64,000 nucleotides of DNA, taken from contig CALVWJ010000001.1 in the NCBI GenBank assembly GCA_944366945.1, forward strand, positions 98,404-162,403. The letters run 5' to 3'. A program made the translations under genes and the position numbers. The notes under the pieces were generated by a model. It saw only the letters and a program-made list of their open reading frames with translations. It had not been told where the DNA came from and did no database searches. The first letter of the stretch is position 1, and each line of letters starts with the position of its first letter. Origin of the DNA: an uncultured Clostridia bacterium. GTDB taxonomy: Bacteria > Bacillota > Clostridia > Christensenellales > CAG-138. Below, one piece after another: positions 35,125 through 46,704 of the stretch.

Positions 35125-37158
35125 ATGAACGTATTTAAAGTGGAATCGCCATTTGAACCGCAGGGCGATCAGCCGCAGGCGATTGAAAAGCTCGCGGAGG
35201 GCGTTTTGCGGGGCGACAAAACGCAGGTGCTGCTGGGCGTAACCGGCAGCGGCAAAACTTTTACCATGGCCAAAGTGATCGAGCGCGTGCAGAAGCCCAC
35301 GCTCGTCATTGCGCACAACAAAACGCTTGCCGCGCAGCTTTGCTCCGAGCTTCGGGAGTTTTTCCCGGGCAGTGCGGTAGAGTATTTTGTCTCCTATTAT
35401 GATTATTATCAACCGGAGGCTTATATCGCTGCTTCCGATACCTATATTGAAAAAGTTTCAACCGTGAATGATGAGATCGATAAGCTGCGCCACAGCGCAA
35501 CTTGCGCTTTAAATGAACGCAAGGATGTGATCATTGTGGCGTCTGTTTCGTGCATCTATGCTTTAGGCGATCCGGCGGAATACTTGAAGCTTTCCGTTTC
35601 GCTAAGGGAAGGCATGCAGATCGAGCGGGATGCGGTAATCCGGCGGCTTGTCGATATTCAGTACCAACGCAATGAAATCGACTTTTCGCGCGGCACATTT
35701 CGCGCGAAGGGGGATGTGTTGGACATTTTTCCCGTAAACTGGTCGGACAAGGCGCTGCGTATCGAATTTTTCGGCGATGAAATCGAACGCATCAGCGAGG
35801 TAAATCCGCTCACGGGCGAGATCTTGCTCCAGCGGGCGCATGTTGCGGTTTTTCCAGCCTCCCATTATGCAACGGGGCGGGAAAAGCTGGAAAAGGCCAT
35901 CGAGCAGATCGAAACGGATCTTTGGAAGCGCGTTGAGGAGTTTAAGGCGCAGGACAAGCTCTTGGAAGCGCAGCGCATTGAACAGCGCACGCTTTATGAT
36001 ATTGAAATGATGCGCGAGATCGGATATTGCCAGGGAATTGAGAATTATTCGCGCTATTTTGACGGCCGAGCCCCCGGGCAGCCTCCGTTTACGCTGCTCG
36101 ATTATTTCCCGGATGACTTCCTTATGATTGTGGATGAATCCCACGTTACGTTGCCGCAGGTGCGCGGCATGTACAGCGGAGATCGTTCGCGCAAGGAAAA
36201 TCTCGTGGAATATGGCTTCCGTTTGCCCTCTGCATTCGATAACCGCCCGCTGCGCTTTGAGGAATTCAGTGCGCGGATCCACCAGCTTATCTGCGTTTCC
36301 GCAACCCCCGGAGACTATGAGCTGGGCCTTTCGGATCAGACGGTTGAACAGATTATCCGGCCAACGGGCCTGGTGGATCCGGAAATCTGCGTGCGCCCCG
36401 TGAAAGGGCAGATCGACGATCTTTTGAGCGAAGTAAAGCAGATGGCGGCGCGCGGCTACCGCACGCTTGCCACCACGCTGACCAAGCGCATGGCTGAAAC
36501 GCTCACGGAATACCTGGATTCCATGGGCGTGCGCGTGCGCTATATGCATTCCGACATTGAAACCATTGAGCGCATGGAGATCATCCGGGATCTACGCCTC
36601 GGGGAGTTCGATGTGCTTGTGGGCATCAATCTGTTGCGCGAAGGGCTGGACCTGCCTGAAGTTGGACTTGTAGCGATACTGGATGCAGATAAAGAGGGCT
36701 TCCTGCGCTCTACAACTTCGCTGATTCAGACGATAGGGCGTGCTGCGCGCAATGTGGATGGGCGGGTTATTATGTATGCGGATACCGTTACCGACTCCAT
36801 GCGCAGTGCCATCGATGAAACAAACCGCCGCCGCGAAAAGCAGCAAGCGTATAACCGGGAGCACGGCATCACGCCGCGGAGCGTGCACAAAGCCGTGCAT
36901 AATGTGCTGGAAATCTCGCGCAAGGCCACTAAGGAAGAGGGCAGCATGACCGAGGCTGAGCGCAGGGAACGCATAGAAATCCTGCGCACGCAAATGCGCC
37001 AGGCTGCGGCAGAGCTTGATTTTGAAACGGCAGCCAAGCTGCGCGATGCGCTGTTCCAACTCACGGGAGAGGAATCCATGACCAGGAAGCCAGCCCCCGG
37101 CACGCCGGGCAGCGCCAAGAAGGCGCGCGGCAGGACGCGCAAATCGCCGAAAAGATAA
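35125..37158 (+). CDS. uvrB: excinuclease ABC subunit B
   Basis: Start at ATG 35125 ([20 protein letters not shown]). P-loop [10 protein letters not shown] and a C-terminal UVR motif. Confidence 0.95.
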   Translation: MNVFKVESPFEPQGDQPQAIEKLAEGVLRGDKTQVLLGVTGSGKTFTMAKVIERVQKPTLVIAHNKTLAAQLCSELREFFPGSAVEYFVSYYDYYQPEAYIAASDTYIEKVSTVNDEIDKLRHSATCALNERKDVIIVASVSCIYALGDPAEYLKLSVSLREGMQIERDAVIRRLVDIQYQRNEIDFSRGTFRAKGDVLDIFPVNWSDKALRIEFFGDEIERISEVNPLTGEILLQRAHVAVFPASHYATGREKLEKAIEQIETDLWKRVEEFKAQDKLLEAQRIEQRTLYDIEMMREIGYCQGIENYSRYFDGRAPGQPPFTLLDYFPDDFLMIVDESHVTLPQVRGMYSGDRSRKENLVEYGFRLPSAFDNRPLRFEEFSARIHQLICVSATPGDYELGLSDQTVEQIIRPTGLVDPEICVRPVKGQIDDLLSEVKQMAARGYRTLATTLTKRMAETLTEYLDSMGVRVRYMHSDIETIERMEIIRDLRLGEFDVLVGINLLREGLDLPEVGLVAILDADKEGFLRSTTSLIQTIGRAARNVDGRVIMYADTVTDSMRSAIDETNRRREKQQAYNREHGITPRSVHKAVHNVLEISRKATKEEGSMTEAERRERIEILRTQMRQAAAELDFETAAKLRDALFQLTGEESMTRKPAPGTPGSAKKARGRTRKSPKR

Positions 37159-37198
37159 AGCGGTTGCGGAACTTACAAGATAGAAGGAAATTATTAAT

Positions 37199-40048
37199 AT
37201 GAAAGATGCGCTTATTATCAAAGGCGCGCGGGAGCATAACCTAAAGAATGTGGACCTCACTCTGCCGCGCGATCAGTTTATTGTGTTTACGGGGCTTTCC
37301 GGGTCTGGAAAATCGTCCCTTGCTTTCGATACCATTTATGCGGAAGGACAGCGGCGCTATGTGGAATCGCTGTCTTCCTATGCGAGGCAGTTCTTGGGGC
37401 AGATGGAAAAGCCGGATGTGGATACCATCGAAGGCCTGTCCCCGGCCATTTCCATCGACCAGAAAAGCACTTCCAACAATCCGCGCTCCACGGTAGGGAC
37501 GGTTACGGAAATCCATGATTATCTGCGCCTGCTGTATGCGCGTATCGGCATCCCGCATTGCCCCAAATGCGGCAGGCCCATTGAACGCCAAAGCATTGAT
37601 CAAGTGGTAGACCAAGTGATGGCACTTGGCGAAGGCACGCGCGTGCAGGTTATTGCCCCGGCTGTGCGCGGGCGTAAAGGCGAACATGCGAAACTGCTTG
37701 AGAACATCCGCAAGGAAGGCTATGTGCGCGTGCGGGTGGACGGAACGGTATACGATATTGGCGAAGTGCCGCCGCTTGACAAGAAGTTCAAGCATACGAT
37801 CGATGTTGTGGTGGACCGCCTTGTGATTCGCCCGGGCGTGGAAGGACGCCTCAACGATTCGCTTGAAACGGCTTTTGCTTTTGGCGGCGGCCTTGCAAAG
37901 GTTGATGTGATTGGCAAGGAGGAACTGCTGTTTTCGCAGAATTATGCCTGCCCGGATTGCGGCGTAAGCCTGGAAGAGCTGACGCCGCGCATGTTTTCCT
38001 TCAACAACCCATTTGGGGCATGCCCAACCTGTTCGGGCCTTGGCACGCTCATGAAGATCGATCCGGCGCTGGTTGTGCCCAACGAGAGCCTTTCCCTTGC
38101 CCAAGGGGCTATTTCGGTTTCCGGCTGGCAAAGCGCAAACCGCGAATCCATTGCAGGAATGTATTTTTCAGCACTGGCGGAAAAATACGGCTTTTCCATG
38201 GATACACCGTTTTCCGAGCTGAGAGAACCGGCGCGGCAGGCGATCCTGTATGGTACGGGCAAGGAAAAGCTGCATATCGAATACAAAAAGGAATTTGGAA
38301 GCGGCACGTTTGATTCCCCATTTGAGGGCATTTGCAATAACTTGGAGCGCCGCTATCGGGAAACGCAATCCGATGGCATGAAGCAGGAATACGAAGCGTA
38401 TATGTCCAATACGCCATGCCCGGATTGCAAGGGAAAACGCTTAAAACCCGAGAGCCTTGCCGTAACGGTTGGGGGAAAATCCATTGCGCAGGTGAGCGAC
38501 ATGACCGTGCTGGAAGCGCGGGAATTCTTGAATTCGCTTGTGTTAACGGAGCAGCAGCGCCACATTGGGAGCCAGATTTTTAGGGAACTCAATGCGCGCC
38601 TCGGGTTCCTTGTGGATGTGGGACTCGATTATTTAACGCTTTCCCGTTCAGCCGCAACGCTTTCCGGCGGCGAAGCGCAGCGTATCCGCCTTGCAACTCA
38701 GATCGGTTCCGGCCTCGTGGGGGTGCTCTATATCCTCGATGAACCCAGCATTGGGCTGCATCAGCGGGATAACGCGCGGCTGCTAGCGACGCTGCAGGGC
38801 ATGCGCGATCTTGGAAATACACTCATCGTTGTGGAACATGATGAAGATACCATCCGTGCCGCAGATTATATTGTGGATGTTGGCCCTGGTGCAGGCGAAC
38901 ATGGAGGCCGCATCGTGGCAGAAGGCACATTGGAGGACATCATGCGTGCGCCGGAATCCATCACAGGGCAATTCCTTACAGGCGTGCAGCGCATCGAAGT
39001 GCCACAAACGCGGCGCGATTGCGGCGGGAAATACCTCCGCGTGCGAGGCGCACGGGCCAACAATTTGAAAAACATCGATGTGGATATCCCGCTTGGCGGC
39101 GTGTTTACCTGCGTGACTGGCGTATCAGGCAGCGGGAAATCGAGTTTGGTCAATGAGATTGTAAAGAAGGCCCTTTTGCGCGAGCTCAATGGCGCGCGTA
39201 CGCGACCAGGAGATCACGACGCGATCCTGGGGGTAGAGCAGCTCGATAAGATCATCGACATCGATCAATCGCCCATTGGGCGCACGCCGCGCAGTAATCC
39301 CGCTACCTATACGGGGCTGTTTGATCTCATCCGCGACGTCTATGCGCAAACGCCGGATGCGCGCATGCGGGGCTATAGCAACAGCCGCTTCAGCTTCAAT
39401 GTGAAGGGGGGACGCTGCGAGGCCTGCCGGGGGGATGGCATTATCAAAATTGAGATGCATTTTTTGCCGGACATTTATGTGCCTTGCGAAGTATGCCATG
39501 GAAAGCGCTACAACCGTGAAACGCTCGAGGTGCGCTATAAAGGGAAATCCATTGCGGATGTGCTGGATATGACTGTGGAGGAGGCGCTTGCATTCTTCTC
39601 GCCCTTGCCGCGCCTTGCGAAGAAACTCCAGACGCTCTATGATGTGGGGCTTGGGTATGTACGACTGGGGCAGCCATCCACGACGCTTTCCGGCGGCGAA
39701 GCGCAGCGGGTCAAACTTGCGACCGAGCTTTCCCGTAAGGATACGGGGCGCACATTGTATGTGCTGGATGAACCTACCACAGGACTGCATGTGGCGGATG
39801 TGAAACGGCTGCTTGAGATCTTAAAGCGCCTTTGCGAAAGCGGAAGCAGCGTAGTTGTGATCGAACACAACCTTGATGTGATCAAAACTGCGGATTACAT
39901 CATCGACCTGGGGCCGGAAGGTGGAAACCGTGGCGGAACGGTCGTTGCAACGGGCACTCCCGAGGAGGTTGCAGCGGTTGCAGAAAGCTATACAGGGCAG
40001 TATTTGAAGCCGATTTTGGAGCGCGCACGCGCAGAACGCGGGCAATAA
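37199..40048 (+). CDS. uvrA: excinuclease ABC subunit A
   Basis: 949 aa. Motifs [14 protein letters not shown] and [10 protein letters not shown], zinc-finger Cys pairs, and two LSGGE signatures. Confidence 0.95.
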   Translation: MKDALIIKGAREHNLKNVDLTLPRDQFIVFTGLSGSGKSSLAFDTIYAEGQRRYVESLSSYARQFLGQMEKPDVDTIEGLSPAISIDQKSTSNNPRSTVGTVTEIHDYLRLLYARIGIPHCPKCGRPIERQSIDQVVDQVMALGEGTRVQVIAPAVRGRKGEHAKLLENIRKEGYVRVRVDGTVYDIGEVPPLDKKFKHTIDVVVDRLVIRPGVEGRLNDSLETAFAFGGGLAKVDVIGKEELLFSQNYACPDCGVSLEELTPRMFSFNNPFGACPTCSGLGTLMKIDPALVVPNESLSLAQGAISVSGWQSANRESIAGMYFSALAEKYGFSMDTPFSELREPARQAILYGTGKEKLHIEYKKEFGSGTFDSPFEGICNNLERRYRETQSDGMKQEYEAYMSNTPCPDCKGKRLKPESLAVTVGGKSIAQVSDMTVLEAREFLNSLVLTEQQRHIGSQIFRELNARLGFLVDVGLDYLTLSRSAATLSGGEAQRIRLATQIGSGLVGVLYILDEPSIGLHQRDNARLLATLQGMRDLGNTLIVVEHDEDTIRAADYIVDVGPGAGEHGGRIVAEGTLEDIMRAPESITGQFLTGVQRIEVPQTRRDCGGKYLRVRGARANNLKNIDVDIPLGGVFTCVTGVSGSGKSSLVNEIVKKALLRELNGARTRPGDHDAILGVEQLDKIIDIDQSPIGRTPRSNPATYTGLFDLIRDVYAQTPDARMRGYSNSRFSFNVKGGRCEACRGDGIIKIEMHFLPDIYVPCEVCHGKRYNRETLEVRYKGKSIADVLDMTVEEALAFFSPLPRLAKKLQTLYDVGLGYVRLGQPSTTLSGGEAQRVKLATELSRKDTGRTLYVLDEPTTGLHVADVKRLLEILKRLCESGSSVVVIEHNLDVIKTADYIIDLGPEGGNRGGTVVATGTPEEVAAVAESYTGQYLKPILERARAERGQ

Positions 40049-40073
40049 TAAAATGTAGAAAGGAAGAAACAGG

Positions 40074-40802
40074 ATGGACAGCATGCGGCGATGGTATGAA
40101 GCTTCGCAGCGTCGGTTTTCCGTGCGCAAATATAAAGCCGCACCGGAAGAAACGCAGCTGCAGACGCTTGCGGGGATGGCGGATCTTTTATGCGCCCACG
40201 GTGTGCGGATTGCCATTGGAAGGGCGGAACAGGTGTTTAAACCGATTTTCCTTTGGTATGGCAAGATACGCGGCACGGATGCATTTGCTGCAGTTGTCTT
40301 GGATGCGGCCGCAGAACCGGAAATGGCAGGCTACGTTGGCGAAGCATTCGTTTTGGAATGCGCGGCAATGGGCCTGGGAACATGCTGGCTTGGCGCTTCC
40401 TATAATAAGAATAACGCTTTTAGCGCAATCAAGCTTGCAGAAGGAGAACGGGTTGCATGCATTATCGCCATCGGCGTGCCGGATGAAGCATATGTCGCCC
40501 GCCCGCGCCGTTCTTTTGAGAAGCTGACAGGGCTTACGGCGGATGCGTTTGGGGCGTTGCCAACCTGGCAAAAGCGCGCCATTGAATGCGCCCGGCGCGC
40601 ACCCTCAGCCCTCAATGCACAGCCCTGGCGGTTTCGTGCCCAGGAAGATGGTATCGCTGTGGAAAACACATCCGCCAACTTCGGCTACGGGAAACTGGAT
40701 TGCGGGATCGCAATGCTTCATATCGAACTTGGCGCGGCATACTGCGGTGTTTCTGGCGAGTGGAGAAAAAGGGATGGAGCAGCATTTTTTATGGAATGCT
40801 AG
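40074..40802 (+). CDS. nitroreductase family protein
   Basis: 242 aa. RRFSVRKY near the N-terminus, RAPSALNAQPWRF, and a GLGTCWLG-type motif. Confidence 0.75.
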   Translation: MDSMRRWYEASQRRFSVRKYKAAPEETQLQTLAGMADLLCAHGVRIAIGRAEQVFKPIFLWYGKIRGTDAFAAVVLDAAAEPEMAGYVGEAFVLECAAMGLGTCWLGASYNKNNAFSAIKLAEGERVACIIAIGVPDEAYVARPRRSFEKLTGLTADAFGALPTWQKRAIECARRAPSALNAQPWRFRAQEDGIAVENTSANFGYGKLDCGIAMLHIELGAAYCGVSGEWRKRDGAAFFMEC

Positions 40803-40967
40803 TGGCAAGCATTCCTATGAGCATAAAATATAATATGATTATAAAATTGTATATAAAATTATAAAATAAAAGCAATCGGCTTTTTCGGCTAGCTGCTTGC
40901 AGATTTCGCGAAAAGTGGATAAAATAGAAATGGAAGAGTCCGCACAGCAGGATATCGGAGGAAGTAT

Positions 40968-41600
40968 ATGGCATTCAAAAGAGTTTCGGAAGCTGTGATC
41001 AAGCGCTTGCCACGGTATTACCGGCATTTGGTGATGCTGGAGAGCCAGGGGGTAGAGCGCATTTCGTCGGAAAAGCTCGCGCAGCAGATGCGCTTGAACG
41101 CATCGCAGGTGCGGCAGGATTTCAACTGCTTTGGCGGGTTTGGCCAGCAGGGGTATGGCTATAATGTGCGTACGTTGCTTTCAGAAATTAAGTCTATCCT
41201 GGCGCTTGACCGGGAGCATTCCGTTGTAATTGTTGGCGCAGGAAATATCGGCCATGCGTTGACCAATTTTGAAGGATTTGCTTCAGCTGGATTTAAGGTG
41301 CTTGCGCTATTTGATGTAAACCCAGAGCTGGTTGGGAAAGAAATCAAGGGCCGGCCTGTTTATGATTCCAGCGAACTGGAGGATTTCATCCGTACCCATG
41401 ATGTTGATATCGGGGTTATCGCTGCCCGCAGAAGTGCGGCACAGGGGATCGCAGATCGGATGGTGCAGGCGGGCATCAAAGGCATTTGGAATTTTGTCCC
41501 AATTGATCTCGTGGCAGCTGTGCCAATTGAGAATGTCCATTTAAACGATAGCTTGAGCGAACTAAGCTATAAGATCGAGCATGGTGTGTTAAACGATTGA
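40968..41600 (+). CDS. rex: redox-sensing transcriptional repressor Rex
   Basis: 210 aa. RLPRYYR winged-helix motif plus the Rossmann motif VVIVGAGNIG. Confidence 0.9.
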   Translation: MAFKRVSEAVIKRLPRYYRHLVMLESQGVERISSEKLAQQMRLNASQVRQDFNCFGGFGQQGYGYNVRTLLSEIKSILALDREHSVVIVGAGNIGHALTNFEGFASAGFKVLALFDVNPELVGKEIKGRPVYDSSELEDFIRTHDVDIGVIAARRSAAQGIADRMVQAGIKGIWNFVPIDLVAAVPIENVHLNDSLSELSYKIEHGVLND

Positions 41601-41633
41601 AGTGGCAGAAAAAGCAACATGATTTGAATATGC

Positions 41634-41665
41634 GAAACGCCGCGGCTTTGCCGCGGCGTTTCTTC
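41634..41665 (+). terminator. intrinsic terminator after rex
   Basis: GAAACGCCGCGGC-ttt-GCCGCGGCGTTTC followed by TTC. Confidence 0.7.
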
Positions 41666-41838
41666 ACCCTATCGACTGATTGGACCCGCTCCCATCTGCG
41701 AGGTTCCATGCTTCCATGATAAAACCAGGAAATCACTGCGTCAAGCGCTTCGACAAAAGCCGTCACGTCCTTCAAGGAAAAGTGTGATTTCGCGTTTTAC
41801 GCAGCGCACCAAAACACCAAATTCCCTTCAAATCAAGG

Positions 41839-42522
41839 TTAGCGCACTTCACAGCCGCCCCACTCAACCACCGTAAAACCGGTGCGTTCAAATTGCGGCA
41901 AAACGGGTGCTTCCACATCCATCCAGGCATCCAATGCGCGGAAAGCCATAAACACCCGCAGCACGCTATCCGGCTTCGGAACAATGGTGAGTTGTGCGTT
42001 TTCCGTATATGCTTCCGTTTGGAAGGTGATGAGGTTAAAAGGGTTTTGCTCCATATATGGCAGCCAATAGACAATAAACTCGTTGTATTCGCGGGGCAAA
42101 AGACCCATGCGGCTAAGCGTGGATTGCAGAAACGCAGCGGTATCTGCTCCTTTTACAACATAGCCATGCGTTAAATCATAATCGATGTTCGAGGTGCCTT
42201 CCCAGAATAAATAAGAATATTCCTTGCCATCCGCAGCGTTGATCAGCGTGCCATCCGGCATTGCAGTTACGCGCCAGCCGGTGGTTTCATCGTATTTAGG
42301 ATAGGTGGTGGTCAAAGTTCCACCATAGGAAAGCGAAACGCAAACATCCATCGTTTCTTCGGGGTAAAGATAAATCACGGGCTTTGCATCGAGATTCGAA
42401 TCCGCTGCGTTGGTGGGCGCTTCACAGGACGCTTTTTCCTTAGATACGAGCAGTACAAACACAAGTGCAGCAACAACAATGCAGGTTGCCAGGCCGGTGA
42501 ATATCCATTTCTTCTGTTTCAT
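41839..42522 (-). CDS. membrane-anchored secreted protein, function unknown
   Basis: Start at ATG 42522 (MKQKKWIFTGLATCIVVAALVF...), with AAGGA 7 nt upstream. No family recognised. Confidence 0.6.
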   Translation of the reverse strand: MKQKKWIFTGLATCIVVAALVFVLLVSKEKASCEAPTNAADSNLDAKPVIYLYPEETMDVCVSLSYGGTLTTTYPKYDETTGWRVTAMPDGTLINAADGKEYSYLFWEGTSNIDYDLTHGYVVKGADTAAFLQSTLSRMGLLPREYNEFIVYWLPYMEQNPFNLITFQTEAYTENAQLTIVPKPDSVLRVFMAFRALDAWMDVEAPVLPQFERTGFTVVEWGGCEVR

Positions 42523-42774
42523 GCCAGATCCTTTCAAAATTAGGTAGGATTGCCTTTTCATTTTAACCCACAGGGAACTTGATTGCAAATGAACGGATTT
42601 TGAACGTTTGTGCTTTTGCTGCAGCGTTGGCAGTGGGCGTTTACATATGGATATGCTATAATGTTTTATCAGCGGTTATGCATTCTACCAGCCCTAGTCC
42701 CTAACGCTGTCCATGAGGCCGCTGTATGCTGCGCAAACGCACGGTTAAAATTTGGAAGGAGAGAAGCCCTAAAT

Positions 42775-43854
42775 ATGGAAGCACTGTTTCAAACAAAACG
42801 CATGATAGCACTGCCAGCGGAAGCAAAGGATATTCCTTTTATTATCTACATGGAAAATGACCCGGCAAACAGGAATTTTATCTGGCAGGGTACTGAGGAG
42901 CAGCACCGCGCAGAGATTGCGGATCCGGCTCATATCCTTGCGGTATTCCGCGGGGAGGATGGGCGGAACATCGGCTACATGCTCTGCCATTTGGATAGAA
43001 AGTCCGAGGTGTTCGAGCTGCGCCGCATCGCGATCGACGCAAAAGGACAGGGGTATGGCCGTGAGGCAATGGAAGGAACGATGCGCTTTGCGTTTGAAAC
43101 ACTCCGCATGAATCGCTTTTGGTTGGATGTTTATCCGGACAATGCGGTGGGTATCCGCCTTTATAAATCGCTCGGCATGCACCGGGATGGCATGCTCCGC
43201 CAAAGCTATAAGAGCGAGCGGGGGTATCTGGATCAAATCATCTATTCTATGCTCAAGGGGGAATATTTTGCGCGCAGCAGCGCCGTGCCGGAAGCGGATT
43301 GGCTACTTTGGAAGCAGAAAGCCCCTCAGTCGCTTGAAACCGAGCGCCTTTTGCTCCGCCGGGTCACAGAAGCGGACTTTGAAAAGGTGCATTCGGTGCT
43401 TGGCGATCCGGAGGTTATGTATGCCTGGGAGCACGGCTTTTCAGAGGAAGAGACGCGTGCTTGGATCGCCCAAACGCTTGCGCGCTATGAGGAAGACGGG
43501 TTTGGCCATTATGCCGTAGAAGTGCGCGAGACGGGCGAGTTTGTGGGTGTGATCGGTTTGATACGGGAGAAGCTCTGCGGATACCCGCTGCTGGGGATCG
43601 GCTGGATGCTGTGCAAAGCCTGCTGGGGCAACGGCTATGCCACGGAGGCGGCTGGGGCTGTGATCCGCGATGCGTTCGATCACCTTCATGTGAAGGAAAT
43701 CCTCGCGGACATCCGCCCGGAAAATACCGCGTCCCGGCGGCTGGCGGAGCGCCTGGGGATGAAGGCGAAATATGAGATCGTCAAGCGCTACCGCGGCAAG
43801 GATATGGTGCATATTGTATATGTAATAAAGGCGGATTTATCGGATAAAAAGTAA
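42775..43854 (+). CDS. tandem GNAT (two acetyltransferase domains fused, RimJ/RimL-like)
   Basis: Start at ATG 42775, behind GGAAGGAGAG. Two successive GNAT cores (QGYGREAMEG... and NGYATEAAGA...). Confidence 0.75.
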   Translation: MEALFQTKRMIALPAEAKDIPFIIYMENDPANRNFIWQGTEEQHRAEIADPAHILAVFRGEDGRNIGYMLCHLDRKSEVFELRRIAIDAKGQGYGREAMEGTMRFAFETLRMNRFWLDVYPDNAVGIRLYKSLGMHRDGMLRQSYKSERGYLDQIIYSMLKGEYFARSSAVPEADWLLWKQKAPQSLETERLLLRRVTEADFEKVHSVLGDPEVMYAWEHGFSEEETRAWIAQTLARYEEDGFGHYAVEVRETGEFVGVIGLIREKLCGYPLLGIGWMLCKACWGNGYATEAAGAVIRDAFDHLHVKEILADIRPENTASRRLAERLGMKAKYEIVKRYRGKDMVHIVYVIKADLSDKK

Positions 43855-43921
43855 TGTATAATTGACAATATAAAAAATATATAGTACAATTCCCTTATTC
43901 TTTTGAGGGGGTTCTATTGGG

Positions 43922-44371
43922 ATGGCAAAACGGAGCGGTTTGGAAGCAGGGTATGATGAACGCCAGGTTTCTGTGCTTGGGCGAGCATATCGCTATGCTT
44001 ATTTAACGTTGCTTTTCAGCCTTTTCTTTTACATTGGTTCGGAAGCCATTTTCGGCAGATGGTGTGATGCGGGCGCAGGGGTTGGAATCTGTATTTGTAT
44101 CTCAGTGGCCGTTTTGGTGGTGACTTGCATCTGGAACGATGCTTATAATCGGTTAAATGAGCGCCCATGGCGCATCATTCTGCAAAACATCATCCTGGGT
44201 ATTCTGAATTTGGTGCTTGCAATACTGGCCATGCGGAATGGGGAAATGGTAGAGCATGGAATTTTAACGTTCCGGGTATGCTGCCTTGCCCTTAGTGTGA
44301 TAAGCGGCGTGATCCCCGCAACGTATCTGCTTCGCTGGATCATGCAACGGAAGGAGCAGAAAGAGGAATGA
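43922..44371 (+). CDS. four-TM membrane protein, function unknown
   Basis: 149 aa. ATGA overlap with the downstream HTH gene. Confidence 0.6.
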   Translation: MAKRSGLEAGYDERQVSVLGRAYRYAYLTLLFSLFFYIGSEAIFGRWCDAGAGVGICICISVAVLVVTCIWNDAYNRLNERPWRIILQNIILGILNLVLAILAMRNGEMVEHGILTFRVCCLALSVISGVIPATYLLRWIMQRKEQKEE

Positions 44372-44583
44372 AGAACCTGCGCTTAAAAGCGGCGCGCGCG
44401 GCAAAGGACCTTTCCCAGCAGCAGCTTGCGGAGCGGGTCGGCGTATCGCGGCAAACCATCAATGCCATCGAAAAGGGCGACTATAATCCCACCATCCGCC
44501 TGTGTATTGCGATCTGCCGGGCGTTGGGAAAAACGCTGGACGCGCTGTTCTGGGAAGAATCCGAGCAGGATCCTATGGAATGA
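44368..44583 (+). CDS. XRE-family helix-turn-helix transcriptional regulator
   Basis: 71 aa with LSQQQLAERVGVSRQTINAIEKGDYNPT, the classic Cro/C1 HTH. Confidence 0.88.
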   Translation: MKNLRLKAARAAKDLSQQQLAERVGVSRQTINAIEKGDYNPTIRLCIAICRALGKTLDALFWEESEQDPME

Positions 44584-44845
44584 GATAACGCAGGATGAGG
44601 TAGGCTATGCCAATGTTTAGCAGTGCAAAAAATGGCATGCCGAAACGGAAGGATCTATGCTTTGTTTTGTGGTGGAACGCGAGCATGCCAAGCACGCCGC
44701 CCAAACCGCCGCCGAATGCGGCGAAGATGAACAACGTTCGTTCCGGCACGCGGTAAGCATGCTGCTTTGCGCGGCGCTTATCCGCACCCATGAGGGAAAA
44801 GAGCACAAGGCTCATGAAAAACAAATAGAAAAAAAGGATGCTCAT
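44573..44845 (-). CDS. DUF1294 family membrane protein
   Basis: Start at ATG 44845. DKRRAKxxxxRVPERTL and FHHKTKH motifs. Confidence 0.75.
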   Translation of the reverse strand: MSILFFYLFFMSLVLFSLMGADKRRAKQHAYRVPERTLFIFAAFGGGLGGVLGMLAFHHKTKHRSFRFGMPFFALLNIGIAYLILRYLIP

Positions 44846-44964
44846 TTTCTTAAAATACCATAGAGATCCATAAAAAGCAAATCCCCCTGCTTCGTTCAGA
44901 AAAAACAAAACGAAGCAGGCACCGCTTGGCTTTGGGGACAGCATAAAATCTTGGAGGTGATCCT

Positions 44965-45303
44965 TTGAACCCCGCCATATATATGATACTCGTGGTTCTT
45001 TTTGTCATAGCAATAACAAAAGAGAAAAACGAAGCGTATCTTGCTGCAAAAATACGAAGGAAAAAAGGAGATAAAAACGAAATGTTGGAACTTGCAAAGC
45101 AGTTTATCGGCAAGGAATGCATGATCTATATGTTTAGCGGCACCCAGATTTGGGGCCTGCTGGAAGCGGTTTCCGGCAACGCGCTTATGATACGGACCGA
45201 TAAGGCCGCAGAAGTCATAAATCTTGATTTTGTTGTAAGGATTCGCGAAGAACCGCGCGGCAAAAAAGGCAAGAAAAATCGTTGCAATAGATCACAGGAA
45301 TAA
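44965..45303 (+). CDS. hypothetical protein with N-terminal TM helix
   Basis: 112 aa. TTG start 7 nt after GGAGG. No family recognised. Confidence 0.5.
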   Translation: MNPAIYMILVVLFVIAITKEKNEAYLAAKIRRKKGDKNEMLELAKQFIGKECMIYMFSGTQIWGLLEAVSGNALMIRTDKAAEVINLDFVVRIREEPRGKKGKKNRCNRSQE

Positions 45304-45752
45304 GAGTACAGCACCCGCTTTGCGTAGTTCTGCGCTTTTGACGCGGGCAAGGATTGTGCGAAGGCTTTATGCTGCGGCAATTTCGCTGGTTTATGGCGTG
45401 CCCGCCCGGTGTAACCCAAACGGTGCCGCTTGATTCAGCGGCATTATAGTTTGCGGAAAAGGATTCTGGAGATCCAGCGGCCACAATCCATCATAAGGTT
45501 GAACTGCTTTGCGGAAAAATAGATGCACCCAATACGCAAGTGCAGGCTCGCTGGGAAAATGCAGCAATGCGGGAAAGGCTTGCGTAGCAGGGAATCATTG
45601 CAGAGCCTCTTAATCCCACCGAAGGTATAGGCAGACGAAAGACGCAAAAAAGCATGTGATCCGTTTTCCAGCAGCCAAAAGCGCTGCTATTATATGGCTG
45701 CGCCGCGCCGTTTCCATGGAGCGGGTAAGCATGATGTTCGCTGCACCTGGGT

Positions 45753-46529
45753 TCAGACATCATCTGGATTCGCCGAATCGGGTGCTGGTGCTTCAAGGTC
45801 GCGCGGCGGAAGGCGCAGGCGATCCCACATGCCGTATTTATGCGTATCCGCAATGGCGTTCATGATGCGCTCTTCCGGATTGGGCACGATCGTTGTAAAA
45901 TACTGAATTAGGCGCTTCATCTCCTCGCGCTTCGTGTTTCCGGCAACGGTGCAGTTGGGCTTGCGGATGGGGAGCTCAAGGCGTTTTGCAATGGAAAGCG
46001 CCTGCTTTTCGGGCAGGAAGATCATCGGCCGGATTACGGTTACATCCTTGCGCCCAAGGTAGGTGACGGGGCCGAACGTATTAAGGCGGCTTTCATAAAA
46101 GAGGCTCAAAAAAAACGTTTCGATCACATCGTCGCGGTTATGCCCAAGTGCCACCAGGTTACAGCCCCGTGCCCGCGCAGCGTCGTTGAGTGCACCACGC
46201 CGCAGCTTGGAGCAGAGTGCGCAGGGGTGCGATTCTTTGCGCACGTTGAATACAACCTCTCCAATATCGGTTTTGATCAAATCGAAGGGCACCCCAATTG
46301 CCGCTGCAAATTCAGAAACGGGGGTAAAATCATCCCCGCTGATGCCGAGGTCTAGCATTACGCCGCAAAGCTCGAATGGCGTGCGGCAAAACTTTTGATA
46401 CAGCTTAAGACCATAGAGCAAAAGAAGGCTGTCCTTTCCGCCGGATACGCCCACGCAGATCTTATCGCCCGGGCGGATCATATGGTAGCGCTCATCCGCG
46501 CGGCGGATGCAGCCCAAAACGCGTTTCAT
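45753..46529 (-). CDS. ttcA: PP-loop ATPase, TtcA-family tRNA thiolase
   Basis: Start at ATG 46529 (AAGGAA 9 nt upstream, TATAAT further up). SGGKDS PP-loop and a CALCSKLRRG Cys motif. Confidence 0.75.
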   Translation of the reverse strand: MKRVLGCIRRADERYHMIRPGDKICVGVSGGKDSLLLLYGLKLYQKFCRTPFELCGVMLDLGISGDDFTPVSEFAAAIGVPFDLIKTDIGEVVFNVRKESHPCALCSKLRRGALNDAARARGCNLVALGHNRDDVIETFFLSLFYESRLNTFGPVTYLGRKDVTVIRPMIFLPEKQALSIAKRLELPIRKPNCTVAGNTKREEMKRLIQYFTTIVPNPEERIMNAIADTHKYGMWDRLRLPPRDLEAPAPDSANPDDV

Positions 46530-46704
46530 GTCAGTTGTTCCTTTAGGCAAAATCATTTCCCTATTATACGCGATGAAAACTTTCTGCGCAACGCTTTCAC
46601 AGATTTGCCACGAAATAAGGGTTGCCCACGGCAATGTAAAAAGGTTATAATAAACACATCAAGATTTATGGGGAGCGCTTTAGCGCGGAAGGAGGGCTTT
46701 TACC

